A stretch of 37,302 nucleotides of DNA. It comes from Candidatus Cloacimonadota bacterium. Lineage in GTDB: Bacteria; Cloacimonadota; Cloacimonadia; Cloacimonadales; WRIO01. The notes under the pieces were generated by a model. It ran no database searches. It saw only the letters and a list, made by a program, of their open reading frames with translations, and was not told the origin of the DNA. Where the stretch lies: contig JAKQQL010000103.1 in assembly GCA_029564175.1 (NCBI GenBank), positions 1 to 37,302 of the forward strand, in the 5' to 3' direction. Positions within the stretch are counted from its first letter, which is position 1, and every line of letters begins with the position of its first letter. A program made the position numbers and the translations under genes. Below are positions 25,546 to 35,017 of this stretch, piece by piece.

Positions 25546-26347
25546 TTTGTTTCTGGATGTTTTGTCAAAACTTCCTAATGGGTATCATGAGATACTTACC
25601 CTCTTCTCTGAAGTTGAATTGCATGATAAGTTAAAATTTTTTTTGACAAATAAGCAGGAAATAAAAATTGTGTCTAATATGGAGAGTCTTAATAACAGTG
25701 ACAATCTGATTTTTAAGATAGCGTTCTATTTACAGAACAGATTTAGTGTAAAAAAAGGTGTTATCGTAGAACTAGACAAAATGATACCTGTAGCTGCCGG
25801 ACTAGGCGGAGGTAGCAGTAATGCTGCAACAACTCTGAAGGCATTGTCTGTCATTTGGGACTTAAATTTAAATGATGAGACAATGCATGAAATCGCGTCC
25901 CAATTTGGAAGTGATATTAATTATTTTCTAACCGGTGGAACTGCTATAGGTCGTAACAGAGGTGAATTGCTTGAAAAATGTAACTTTATTGGAATTGATA
26001 ATATTTTGTTGGTTAACCCTAATATCCCAATTTCAAGCAAAACTGCATATCAGGCTGTTACACTTAAAAAAGAAAACAATAACTGGATAGATTTGTTAAA
26101 AACATCAAATCCGGTCTATTGTTATAATAAACTGGAAGAGGGGATTATTCCACTTTACCCAATCATACAGGAAATCAAAAATCAAATGTATTCACTAAAT
26201 GCAGTCAATACGATTATGTCTGGTAGTGGATCTACCGTGATAGGATTTTTTGATGATCCAATTAAATGTAAGAATGCCCAAGCCTGGTTTAAGAATAAAG
26301 GGTATTGGAGCTATATAACCACAACAAGAAGGAGACTGGAAGAATGA
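25511..26347 (+). CDS. ispE: 4-diphosphocytidyl-2-C-methyl-D-erythritol kinase
   Basis: AKINLFL, GYHE, KMIPVAAGLGGGSSNAA, GSD, MSGSGS. The real start is most likely the ATG at 25511 (MDYSLDSYAK), overlapping wzc by 35 nt. Confidence 0.95.
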   Translation: MDYSLDSYAKINLFLDVLSKLPNGYHEILTLFSEVELHDKLKFFLTNKQEIKIVSNMESLNNSDNLIFKIAFYLQNRFSVKKGVIVELDKMIPVAAGLGGGSSNAATTLKALSVIWDLNLNDETMHEIASQFGSDINYFLTGGTAIGRNRGELLEKCNFIGIDNILLVNPNIPISSKTAYQAVTLKKENNNWIDLLKTSNPVYCYNKLEEGIIPLYPIIQEIKNQMYSLNAVNTIMSGSGSTVIGFFDDPIKCKNAQAWFKNKGYWSYITTTRRRLEE

Positions 26348-26613
26348 ACATCACAGACGTAAAAGTATTCCCAAGAAACTCAGAACAATTAAAGGCTTTT
26401 GCCAATATCGTAATTGACGATGCTTTTATCATCAAAAACATTAAAGTCATCAACGGAAAAAATGGTTTATTCGTTGCAATGCCAAGCCAAAAGAGCAAAA
26501 CTGGCGAATATAAAGATATCGCTCACCCTTTAAATACCGATACCAGAAATCATATTGAACAACTGATTCTGCAAAAATATAATGAAACAATAGCAGAACA
26601 ACCTCAAGAATAG
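26344..26613 (+). CDS. spoVG: Septation regulator / nucleic-acid-binding protein SpoVG
   Basis: MNITDVKV, LKAFA, GLFVAMPS, YKDIAHPLN; ATG at 26344 after AGGAG. Confidence 0.95.
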   Translation: MNITDVKVFPRNSEQLKAFANIVIDDAFIIKNIKVINGKNGLFVAMPSQKSKTGEYKDIAHPLNTDTRNHIEQLILQKYNETIAEQPQE

Positions 26614-26626
26614 GTTAAGAATAACA

Positions 26627-27577
26627 ATGTTTTCAAAACTAAAACTTTTTACCGGAAATGCAAATCCGGAACTGGCAAAGGAAGTCGCAACCTTTGCCGG
26701 TATTCCTTTAGGAGATGCAGAAGTCTTTAAATTCTCAAATGATGACACATTTGTAAAGATTAATGACAATGTACGCGGGGCTGATGCATTTATTATTCAA
26801 TCCACATGTTATCCTGTAAATGATAATATGATGGAATTACTCATTATGATAGATGCATTGAAAAGAGCTTCAGCTCAACGTATCAGCGTCGTTATCCCTT
26901 ATTATGGTTATGCTCGTTCAGATAAAAAAGACCAGCCAAGAGTACCAATTACTGCAAAATTAGTTGCAGATCTGATCACTGTTGCTGGTGCTGATCGTGT
27001 GATAACTGTTGATTTGCATGCTGATCAGATACAGGGATTCTTTAATATACCGGTGGATCATCTGTATTCAATTCCAATTTTTGCAAGATACTTTAAATCA
27101 ATGGGAGTTGATGAAGATAATCTGGTCGTAGTATCACCTGATTCAGGAGGTGCAAATCGTGCCAGATCTCTTGCTAAGAGATTAAACTGTTCTCTGGCAA
27201 TCGGAGATAAGAGAAGAACTGGAAATGACAATAATGCAGAAGTTCTGAATGTGATCGGTGATGTAAAAGGTAAAGTTGCTATTTTATTCGATGACATAAT
27301 CGATACAGGTGGAAGCCTGATAAAAATAGCTAATAAACTGGCTGAATTAGGGGCTGAAAAAGTTTATGCAGCATGTGTTCATGGGGTATTATCAGGAACC
27401 GCTGTCGATAAACTGGAACAATCTCCTATTGAAAAGCTATTCATCACGAATACTATTCCGTTAAATGAGCAAAAGAAAAACAGTAAAAAAATTATTCAAC
27501 TTTCAATTGCAGAATTATTAGCAACTGCAATTAAAAAAATACACTTGGAAGAATCCATTAGTATTCTTTTTAGATGA
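26627..27577 (+). CDS. prs: Ribose-phosphate pyrophosphokinase
   Basis: PYYGYARSDKK, DLHADQIQGFF, VSPDSGG, DDIIDTGGS. Confidence 0.97.
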   Translation: MFSKLKLFTGNANPELAKEVATFAGIPLGDAEVFKFSNDDTFVKINDNVRGADAFIIQSTCYPVNDNMMELLIMIDALKRASAQRISVVIPYYGYARSDKKDQPRVPITAKLVADLITVAGADRVITVDLHADQIQGFFNIPVDHLYSIPIFARYFKSMGVDEDNLVVVSPDSGGANRARSLAKRLNCSLAIGDKRRTGNDNNAEVLNVIGDVKGKVAILFDDIIDTGGSLIKIANKLAELGAEKVYAACVHGVLSGTAVDKLEQSPIEKLFITNTIPLNEQKKNSKKIIQLSIAELLATAIKKIHLEESISILFR

Positions 27578-27595
27578 TCACACCACGGAGGAAAA

Positions 27596-28174
27596 ATGAT
27601 ACTTAATCTCACAGCTGAAAAAAGAACGCTTGGTAAAAAATCTGATCTTAACAATTTAAGAAAAACAGGTTTTATTCCGGCTGTAATCTATGCTGAAGGA
27701 AAAGAAGGAACGAATGTGACTGTTCCTGCCAATGAATTTAAAAAACAGTATAAAAAATCCATTGGCGAAATCGCAATATTTAATTTTAATATTGACGGAA
27801 AAGAAGTCCATACTGTTGTAAAAGAAAAACAAATTCACCCACTCACCAGAGAAGTCATTCATGTAGATTTTCTTGAGTTGCATCCAGGAAAAGAAATTTC
27901 AATCGAAATTCCTATCAAATTCAGCGGAACTCCAACTTCTTTAAAAGAAGGTGGTATCCTGGAAATCACAAAACGTAAATTACATGCACATTGTCTGCCA
28001 AAATTTATTCCGGAAGATTTCCCGATGGATATCACCAGTTTAAAAATTGGACAGACTGTTTATTGTAAAGACGTTAAGATTGACAATGTAAAAATTACTG
28101 AACCTGCAGATCTTGCAATTGTATCTGTTCACGCTCCTCGTTCTAGCGAGAAACAAGAAGAAACTAATGAATGA
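27596..28174 (+). CDS. rplY: 50S ribosomal protein L25/Ctc
   Basis: LRKTGFIPAVIY, QIHP...IHVDF, multi-domain Ctc length; prs-rplY-pth synteny. Confidence 0.95.
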   Translation: MILNLTAEKRTLGKKSDLNNLRKTGFIPAVIYAEGKEGTNVTVPANEFKKQYKKSIGEIAIFNFNIDGKEVHTVVKEKQIHPLTREVIHVDFLELHPGKEISIEIPIKFSGTPTSLKEGGILEITKRKLHAHCLPKFIPEDFPMDITSLKIGQTVYCKDVKIDNVKITEPADLAIVSVHAPRSSEKQEETNE

Positions 28175-28770
28175 AATATATCGTTGGTTTAGGTAATCCG
28201 GGTCAGGAATATGAAAATAACCGGCATAATATTGGCTTTTTATTGCTCGATTATATCGCCGGTAAATTAAAATGCGACTTTAGTAAAGAAAAGAATTATC
28301 TGATCGCAAAAAAAAGAACATATTCATTGATTAAACCGCTAACCTATATGAACAATAGCGGGTTAGCGGTCAGACAACTGATCAGTGATCAATTTAAAGA
28401 ATTGATGATAGTTGTGGATGATATCTACCTCCCCTTCGGAGAAATTCGAATACGTGAAAAAGGGGGAGACGGGGGACATAATGGACTTAAATCCATTATT
28501 GAGAATATGAACTCTGATGAATTTATCAGGATCCGTATCGGAGTTGATAGCCCCAAATATGGGGATTTAAAACGCTTTGTTCTGGAAGATTTTTCTGAGA
28601 ATGAAATTAAAATCCTCAATCATACTTTTGAGTTTGCTTATGAATTGATCAAACAATATATCCATCGTGATTATACAAGTATGTTAAACTATTACAGTAA
28701 AAATAAGAGATCCTATTCTGAATGCATGGCAGACATTCAGAATCAAAGACCAAAGGAGGAACATAAATGA
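28171..28770 (+). CDS. pth: Peptidyl-tRNA hydrolase
   Basis: IVGLGNPG, RHNIGF, KPLTYMNNSG, GGHNGLKSI, RIRIG. Confidence 0.97.
   Translation: MKYIVGLGNPGQEYENNRHNIGFLLLDYIAGKLKCDFSKEKNYLIAKKRTYSLIKPLTYMNNSGLAVRQLISDQFKELMIVVDDIYLPFGEIRIREKGGDGGHNGLKSIIENMNSDEFIRIRIGVDSPKYGDLKRFVLEDFSENEIKILNHTFEFAYELIKQYIHRDYTSMLNYYSKNKRSYSECMADIQNQRPKEEHK
28711..28760 (+). promoter_or_regulatory. Putative rpsF leader RNA structure (S6:S18-type position)
   Basis: TCCT, then perfect stem ATTCTGAATG/CATTCAGAAT, then GACCAAAGGAGG just before the rpsF ATG; TCCT can pair with the SD. Confidence 0.5.
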
Positions 28771-29063
28771 AAGCCAAATACGAATCAATGTACATTATCA
28801 CTCCTACCTTATCTACCGAAGAAGTAGAAAAGGAACAGGAAAAAGTACTAAACCTTATCGCTGAACAAAATGGCGAATTAATTAAAACTGATAACTGGGG
28901 AAAGAAAAATCTTGCGTATGAAATTAACAGACATAAAGAAGGTTATTTCTTTATCAATTATTTCAATATGGATACACAGGCAGTTAAGGCACTTGATCGT
29001 CATTATCGTTTGAATGAAAGAATTATTCGTCATAATATTTTAAAACTTGAAGAATTAGACTAG
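28767..29063 (+). CDS. rpsF: 30S ribosomal protein S6
   Basis: YESMYI, WGKKNLAYEI, EGY, IIRH; rpsF-ssb-rpsR synteny. Confidence 0.97.
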   Translation: MKAKYESMYIITPTLSTEEVEKEQEKVLNLIAEQNGELIKTDNWGKKNLAYEINRHKEGYFFINYFNMDTQAVKALDRHYRLNERIIRHNILKLEELD

Positions 29064-29071
29064 GAGATAAA

Positions 29072-29551
29072 ATGAGTAAAATACTGAAGTTCCCAAGAAT
29101 GAATACGATTACCCTGAGTGCCCGTTTAACACGTGAACCAGAAATTCGTTATTCTAATAATAACATGATGATCGCAAGATTAGGTTTAGCTTTTGACAGG
29201 ATAAGAAAAGATGAATACGGGAATTTTCAGAATATAGCTAATTTTATGGACGCAGTTGCTTTTGGTAAAACAGCTGAAATATGCAGTGAAAATCTGCATA
29301 AAGGAAGCCCTGTTATTATTGAAGGAGAAATCAGCGTCAATACATTTACCGATCAGAATGGAAATAATCGGAAAAATGTGGAAATCTTGGTTAGTAAAAT
29401 TCACTGCCTTGAAAGAGAAGAAAATCAGGGTAATTATACTCAGAATTATGATAATTACAATGCAACAGTTGCAACACAACAAAATGAGCCTGATGCTTTC
29501 AATTCTTACAACAATCAAGGCAATAAAACCGAGGAAGATGTACCTTTCTAA
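29072..29551 (+). CDS. ssb: Single-stranded DNA-binding protein
   Basis: RLTREPEIRY, FGKTAE...LHKGS.V.IEG, acidic tail EEDVPF. Confidence 0.95.
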   Translation: MSKILKFPRMNTITLSARLTREPEIRYSNNNMMIARLGLAFDRIRKDEYGNFQNIANFMDAVAFGKTAEICSENLHKGSPVIIEGEISVNTFTDQNGNNRKNVEILVSKIHCLEREENQGNYTQNYDNYNATVATQQNEPDAFNSYNNQGNKTEEDVPF

Positions 29552-29616
29552 ACACATCAAAAGGTTTGTACGACAGGTTCAGATAATTAACCTGGCAAAT
29601 AAATAAAGGAGAAAAA

Positions 29617-29850
29617 ATGGCTTACGACAAAAAGAAATCACGCTTTAAAAAAAGAGTATGCAGATTTTGTGGAAACAAAGAAATAAATATTGATTACAAA
29701 AACGTTGACCTTTTAAGAAATTATGTTTCTGAAACAGGAAAAATTGAACCAAGAAGAGCAACTGGTACTTGTGCAAAACATCAGCGTCTTGTTTCTAACG
29801 AAATAAAAAAAGCACGTCAAATGGCTTTAATTGCTTACGTAGTAGAATAA
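29617..29850 (+). CDS. rpsR: 30S ribosomal protein S18 (zinc-binding form)
   Basis: CRFC, IDYKNV, GKI.PRR.TGTCAKHQR, IKKAR. Confidence 0.97.
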   Translation: MAYDKKKSRFKKRVCRFCGNKEINIDYKNVDLLRNYVSETGKIEPRRATGTCAKHQRLVSNEIKKARQMALIAYVVE

Positions 29851-29853
29851 AAA

Positions 29854-30738
29854 ATGTTAATTTTTTCAGCTGTACTTGGCCTGATGATTAGTGTATTATC
29901 CCCTGTTTTAGGTTTGATGTATTTTTTACCTCAGGTTTCAAAACAAAATGATAATGACAGATCACAGTCAAAGTTCTTTTTTCTGATCTGGTTACTGGGA
30001 AGTCTTGTTTTGTATATTACAAAAACAGTAGATATAAATACGTTTGTCATCATCAATCTCAACGTAGCTCTGATTACTTATGTATTTCTACAAATGCATG
30101 AAAATGAGTTTGCTCTTGAAACAATTATGACAACAGCCTTAGCGATTGCAGGAAGCAGCGGTGTGATAAAATATCTCTTTTTTAAGAAATCTATAGAAGA
30201 TAATATCACTCTGTCTGTTAATTCAATGTCAGAAATGATTCAATCACGCTATGCTGTCGGATCAGAAGAATATCAGCTGATAAATGACACACTTAACGTC
30301 TCAAAAGAATTATATTTAAAGTATAATTATTCATTTGCAGTCTTTACTATCCTGGTTGCTTTATGGATTGCTATAATCATCATAAATAGAAAACTAAAAT
30401 TTTCGTACGATCTAAGATTGTATTCAAATATGAACTATCTTGTTATGCCTGTCATTGCAGGTTTAGGACTGATTATATACAAACCAACCTCAACACTTGG
30501 AATCAATTTGATATTACCATGCCTTGCCTTATATTTTATACAAGGCTTGTCAATTGTATGGTTTTATTTTGGTAAAATGATTGCAAATTCAAAGATGCTT
30601 ATCGTGATAAGCATCATTTCTCTTCTAATAAACCCATATTTGATTCTGATGATATCATTTATCGGATTTGTAGATAATTGGGCGGATTTAAGAAAATTAA
30701 ACAAAATGGAGGAAACTCATGAAAATAATACTCACTGA
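29854..30738 (+). CDS. DUF2232/YybS-like membrane protein
   Basis: Multi-TM; YFIQGLS and GFVDNWADLRK C-terminal motifs; sits between rpsR and rplI. Confidence 0.8.
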   Translation: MLIFSAVLGLMISVLSPVLGLMYFLPQVSKQNDNDRSQSKFFFLIWLLGSLVLYITKTVDINTFVIINLNVALITYVFLQMHENEFALETIMTTALAIAGSSGVIKYLFFKKSIEDNITLSVNSMSEMIQSRYAVGSEEYQLINDTLNVSKELYLKYNYSFAVFTILVALWIAIIIINRKLKFSYDLRLYSNMNYLVMPVIAGLGLIIYKPTSTLGINLILPCLALYFIQGLSIVWFYFGKMIANSKMLIVISIISLLINPYLILMISFIGFVDNWADLRKLNKMEETHENNTH

Positions 30739-31162
30739 AACAATTGACAGAGTAGGAACTGCCGGCTCCATCATTAACGTAAAAGATGGTTTTGCTCGTA
30801 ACTATCTGATTCCAAAAAAGTTTGCAATTCTTGCAACTGACGGAAATATTAAGAAAATAGAAGCAATTAAATCAGTTGCTCAAGAAAAACATAATGAATT
30901 GGTAAAACAATACAAAGAAACTGCTCATAAAATTGCACAATTATCTGCAAATTTCAAAAGAAGAGCAGAAGATACAGGGCATTTGTTTGGTTCAGTATCT
31001 GATAATGATATTGTTCATTTCCTTTCAGAAAATGGACTCAATGTTCATAAAAATCATATCCAGATTGAAAAAGCGATCAAAACTGTTGGCGAACATACAG
31101 TCAAGGTTTCTTTTATACAGGATATTTGTGCTGAATTAAAAATTACAGTTGAAAAAGAATAA
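30719..31162 (+). CDS. rplI: 50S ribosomal protein L9
   Basis: MKIIL, VKDGFARNYLIP, GHLFGSV, IKTVGEH. Confidence 0.97.
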   Translation: MKIILTETIDRVGTAGSIINVKDGFARNYLIPKKFAILATDGNIKKIEAIKSVAQEKHNELVKQYKETAHKIAQLSANFKRRAEDTGHLFGSVSDNDIVHFLSENGLNVHKNHIQIEKAIKTVGEHTVKVSFIQDICAELKITVEKE

Positions 31163-31186
31163 GATACGGTGAAAACCGTATCTTTT
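31161..31186 (+). terminator. Terminator-like hairpin after rplI
   Basis: AAGATACGGT-GAAA-ACCGTATCTT-TT; perfect 10-bp stem with a GNRA loop. Confidence 0.75.
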
Positions 31187-31210
31187 CCTTATAAATAAAA
31201 GGAGATTTTT

Positions 31211-31642
31211 ATGAAAAAGGAACACTTGGAATTTAAGAGTATCTTAGTTCTGATTTGCGGTATTGTGGCTATGATCATATCATTTATGTCACCAAATTAT
31301 TTCTTAAATAGTTTCAAACCAGAAATCGCCGAAGCGCTAATTTCAACAAATCCAATAATTACCTCTGTCGTAATGTTTTTCGTAACATTAATTTTAGTAA
31401 TTATTAGTGGGCTTACAGTTGTTTTTATCAACAAAAACCAAAATAATTTAGTTATGAAATTAGTTGGTCTTTTTGTATTAGTACTTGTATCAGCAATACC
31501 AGCGCTGACTATCATGAAAGTAGACAGCTCTTTTGAAACGATTGGTATTATGTATTTCATCTCTATGATTGTGGCAGTCATTGCCTGGGCAGGTGTAGCA
31601 TTAATCACTAATTTTTATCATAAACTGAAACGTTCTGAATGA
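31211..31642 (+). CDS. Hypothetical four-TM membrane protein
   Basis: RBS AGGAG; four hydrophobic helices; ATGA overlap with the next gene. Confidence 0.75.
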   Translation: MKKEHLEFKSILVLICGIVAMIISFMSPNYFLNSFKPEIAEALISTNPIITSVVMFFVTLILVIISGLTVVFINKNQNNLVMKLVGLFVLVLVSAIPALTIMKVDSSFETIGIMYFISMIVAVIAWAGVALITNFYHKLKRSE

Positions 31643-31917
31643 AAAATCTCAGGGATTCTATCTATCAATTCGTTTACGAAATTGCGAGAAAGAATAATTG
31701 TTATGAATTCGCACATATAGCTCTGTCATGGAGTTCCATTGTAGGAAAGATCATGGCAGAGCGTTCTTCACTTGTTAAATTTGAACGTTCAGTATTGTTT
31801 GTTAAAACAATAAATCATGCCTGGATGCAGGAGTTCCTCTTAAAAAAGAAAGATATTCTTCAGGCATTATATGATAAGGACATTAAATACGTAAAGGATA
31901 TAATCTTTTTTATATGA
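31639..31917 (+). CDS. DUF721 / DciA-like replicative helicase loader
   Basis: WSSIVG..(M)A..S....F....LFV....AWMQE pattern, 92 aa. Confidence 0.8.
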   Translation: MKNLRDSIYQFVYEIARKNNCYEFAHIALSWSSIVGKIMAERSSLVKFERSVLFVKTINHAWMQEFLLKKKDILQALYDKDIKYVKDIIFFI

Positions 31918-32564
31918 GTAATCAGATAAAAATCGCTCCATCACTTTTATCAGCTGATTTTGGCATGTTAAAAGAAGAATTAGCAAAAATAGAAGAAACC
32001 GATGCAAAAATATTGCATCTTGACGTTATGGATGGGCATTTTGTCCCAAACCTCACATTTGGCATACCTGTTATAAAAAGCTTAAAAAAATATACAAGTC
32101 TTCAACTGGACGTACACTTAATGGTCACTAATCCAGATTTGTATATTGACCCTTTAGCTGATATTGGTATTGATTATTGTTCTTTTCATACAGAAACAAA
32201 TTATCATGCAAACCGGATGATACACTATATTAAAGACAAAGGGATTAAGGCAGGGGTTGTTTTAAATCCTTCTACTCATCATCATAGCATTGAATATGTG
32301 ATGGATATTATCGATTTTGTGTTAATCATGAGTGTTAATCCTGGATTTGGAGGACAAAAATTCATCCCAAATTCGCTTAATAAAATTAAAAAATTGAATG
32401 AAATCAGAAGAGAAAATGATTATCATTTTGAAATTGAAGTAGATGGTGGTGTCTGTCAGGATAATGCAATTATGCTAAAGGAAGCAGGTGCAGATATTCT
32501 GGTTGCAGGGTCTTATGTTTTTAACAGTGATAATTATACAGACAGAGTCAGGAGCTTAATGTAA
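31914..32564 (+). CDS. rpe: Ribulose-phosphate 3-epimerase
   Basis: IAPSLLSADF, HLDVMDGHFVPNLTFG, DVHLM, MSVNPGFGGQ, EVDGG, VAGS. Confidence 0.97.
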   Translation: MSNQIKIAPSLLSADFGMLKEELAKIEETDAKILHLDVMDGHFVPNLTFGIPVIKSLKKYTSLQLDVHLMVTNPDLYIDPLADIGIDYCSFHTETNYHANRMIHYIKDKGIKAGVVLNPSTHHHSIEYVMDIIDFVLIMSVNPGFGGQKFIPNSLNKIKKLNEIRRENDYHFEIEVDGGVCQDNAIMLKEAGADILVAGSYVFNSDNYTDRVRSLM

Positions 32565-33889
32565 TGTTTTCAGATTTATCAGAAAGACTAAATGGAATTT
32601 TTAAAAACCTGAAAGGCAAAGGAAAATTGAGTGAATCTAATATTCAGGATTCTCTCAAAGAGATAAAAATGGCTTTACTGGAAGCCGATGTGAATTTTAA
32701 AATAGTGAAAAACTTTATCAATGAAATTCAAACCCGTGCACTGGGTCAGGAAGTCATGAAAAGTTTGGAGCCTGGACAGCAGGTTGTGAAAATCGTTCAT
32801 GAGCAGCTTATTGCTCTTATGGATAATAAAGACCTGAATTTTGAGTTTCACAATAACAGACTTACCAAAATTATGCTAGTTGGTTTACAGGGTTCAGGTA
32901 AAACAACTGCCTGTGCAAAGCTTGCTAATTATTTCAGAAAAAAACGCAGTGCTTTCCCTTCACTCGTTGCTTGTGACGTTTATCGTCCTGCTGCGATACA
33001 CCAATTGGAAGTTTTAGGTAAGCAGCTGGATATTCCCGTTATATCCGATACTAATACTAAGAGTGTCAAAAATATCGCAAAAAATGCCTTAGACTGGGCA
33101 CAGAAGAACAATACAAGTCTGATGATTTTTGACACAGCCGGCCGTCTTCATATTGATGAAGAGATGATGAAAGAAGTAAAAGAATTAAAAGACTATGTCA
33201 AACCAGATTACATTTTCTTTGTGGCAGATGCGATGACTGGTCAGGATGCGGTTAATGTCGCTAAAGAATTTAATAATTTACTTTCATTTGATGCCGTAAT
33301 TTTAACAAAACTGGATGGTGATGCCAGAGGTGGTGCTGCACTTTCTATTAAGGCTGTTACGGGTAAATCTGTTGCCTTTGTGGGTACTGGCGAAAAGATA
33401 TCCGATCTGGAAGAATTTTTCCCTGATCGTATGGCCTCCAGAATTTTAGGGATGGGCGACGTTCTCAGTCTGATTGAAAAGGCTCAGGAAGCTTTTGATG
33501 ATGATCAGGCAGAAAAACTCGCTCAAAAAATGCAGAAAAATCAGTTTACTTTGTCTGATTTTCTGGAACAACTCCACAATATGAAAAAAATGGGACCATT
33601 GGATCAATTATTGAAACTGATACCAGGAATTAATGCAAAAATGATGGATCAAGTTAAAATTGATGACAAACAAATTGCTCATGTGGAAGCAATTATTACT
33701 TCTATGACATTAAAAGAGAGAGAAAAACCTCAATTAATTAATGGCAGCAGAAGAATAAGAATTGCAAAAGGCAGTGGTACTTCTGTACAAGCTGTTAATC
33801 GGCTTTTAAAGCAATTTGAACAGATGAAATCCATGATGAAAAATATGAATACATCTAAGTTTATGAAAAACTTTAAAATGCCTTTCTAA
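32564..33889 (+). CDS. ffh: Signal recognition particle protein
   Basis: ALLEADVN, GLQGSGKTT, DVYRPAA, DTAGR, TKLDGDARGG, RILGMGD, Met-rich M domain with SRR.RIA.GSG. Confidence 0.97.
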   Translation: MFSDLSERLNGIFKNLKGKGKLSESNIQDSLKEIKMALLEADVNFKIVKNFINEIQTRALGQEVMKSLEPGQQVVKIVHEQLIALMDNKDLNFEFHNNRLTKIMLVGLQGSGKTTACAKLANYFRKKRSAFPSLVACDVYRPAAIHQLEVLGKQLDIPVISDTNTKSVKNIAKNALDWAQKNNTSLMIFDTAGRLHIDEEMMKEVKELKDYVKPDYIFFVADAMTGQDAVNVAKEFNNLLSFDAVILTKLDGDARGGAALSIKAVTGKSVAFVGTGEKISDLEEFFPDRMASRILGMGDVLSLIEKAQEAFDDDQAEKLAQKMQKNQFTLSDFLEQLHNMKKMGPLDQLLKLIPGINAKMMDQVKIDDKQIAHVEAIITSMTLKEREKPQLINGSRRIRIAKGSGTSVQAVNRLLKQFEQMKSMMKNMNTSKFMKNFKMPF

Positions 33890-33897
33890 AATTTCAC

Positions 33898-33926
33898 TTG
33901 ACGAAATAAGGATAATTAAAAAGTAT
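33898..33926 (+). promoter_or_regulatory. Putative promoter of the rpsP operon
   Basis: TTGACG at 33898, 17-bp spacer, AAGTAT; in the AT-rich ffh-rpsP gap. Confidence 0.45.
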
Positions 33927-33969
33927 AGACTTTTAAAATAATATAGCTTAATATAGATAAGGAGTAGAA

Positions 33970-34257
33970 ATGGTAAAGATTCGTCTTACAAGAATGGGTT
34001 CAATCAACAAACCATTCTATCGCATAGTTGCGGTTGATTCTCGCGTACAAAGAGATGGAAAGTATATTGAAAATATTGGACATTATGATCCAAAACATAA
34101 TCCGGCAATCGTTAAAATTGATGAAGAATTAGCAATTAAATGGCTCAAAGTAGGCGCTCAGCCTTCAGAAACCGTTAAATCTTTATTCAAAAATGCCGGC
34201 ATCATGAAAAAATGGCATGAAATGAAATATGTTAAAAAGGAAGCAGCTGCTGAATAA
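33970..34257 (+). CDS. rpsP: 30S ribosomal protein S16
   Basis: MVKIRL.RMG...[29 protein letters not shown]. Confidence 0.97.
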   Translation: MVKIRLTRMGSINKPFYRIVAVDSRVQRDGKYIENIGHYDPKHNPAIVKIDEELAIKWLKVGAQPSETVKSLFKNAGIMKKWHEMKYVKKEAAAE

Positions 34258-34274
34258 TCAGCTGAGGTTTTAAC

Positions 34275-34505
34275 ATGAAAGATTTACTGGAATTTGTTGT
34301 AAAAGGACTTGTTGATGATCCAAGTGAAGTACAGATTAAGGAAATACTTGGTGATAAAGTGACGCTTTACGAATTACATGTTTCCAAATCAGATATTGGA
34401 AAAGTGATTGGTAAAAAAGGACGTACGGCAAGTGCTATTAGAACGATTTTGAAAGCCGTTTCCACTAAGCAGGGAAAACGGGTCGAACTTGAAATTGTTG
34501 AATAA
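34275..34505 (+). CDS. khpA: KH-domain RNA-binding protein KhpA (YlqC)
   Basis: LVDDP..V, DIGKVIGKKGRTA.AIR; located between rpsP and rimM. Confidence 0.93.
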   Translation: MKDLLEFVVKGLVDDPSEVQIKEILGDKVTLYELHVSKSDIGKVIGKKGRTASAIRTILKAVSTKQGKRVELEIVE

Positions 34506-35017
34506 TGGATATTGATGATTTAATCGTTATAGGAAAGTTAGGATTCGGTCAGATCGTTAAGGGCTGGGTACCTGTGAGGCTGAATCCTGACTTTCAAAAC
34601 TCAATCACTCAGTTAACCCATCTATTCGTGATCTTCACAGACCATAGAGTGAGATACGCAACAGTTAAAAAAGCCAAACTGATTCAGGGTAAATGGTATA
34701 TTAAATTTACCGAACCGGAACTGATGCTTGAAATGAATGGACAGACGAATATGTTGATCGCAATTGACACCGAAGAACTCAGTGTCATTGATGATGAAGA
34801 CTATTATGAACCTGTCGGCATGAAAGTCATTAGTCAGGATGAAGAAGTAGGCGTAATAATTGATTGGTTTAGCAATAATGCTCAGGATATATTTGTTGTG
34901 AAAGATATAGAAGGAAATGAAATCATGATACCTGATGTGCCTTATTATGTAGAAAAAACTGATATTGAAAATCAGGTGATTTATGTGAGAAATATAGAAC
35001 AGTTTAAGGGTATATGA
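34505..35017 (+). CDS. rimM: 16S rRNA processing protein RimM (divergent)
   Basis: IVIGKL....VKGWV, YY...GMKV, AQDIFVV...EIMIP; rpsP-khpA-rimM-trmD synteny. Confidence 0.85.
   Translation: MDIDDLIVIGKLGFGQIVKGWVPVRLNPDFQNSITQLTHLFVIFTDHRVRYATVKKAKLIQGKWYIKFTEPELMLEMNGQTNMLIAIDTEELSVIDDEDYYEPVGMKVISQDEEVGVIIDWFSNNAQDIFVVKDIEGNEIMIPDVPYYVEKTDIENQVIYVRNIEQFKGI

Noticed and set aside
25643..25668. TTGACA inside ispE as an internal promoter
   Set aside because: There is no -10 at canonical spacing, and it lies about 700 bp from the next start codon.
29565..29599. Hairpin in the ssb-rpsR gap (CAGGTT...AACCTG)
   Set aside because: Only a 6-bp core stem with no U-tract; too weak to call without covariation data.
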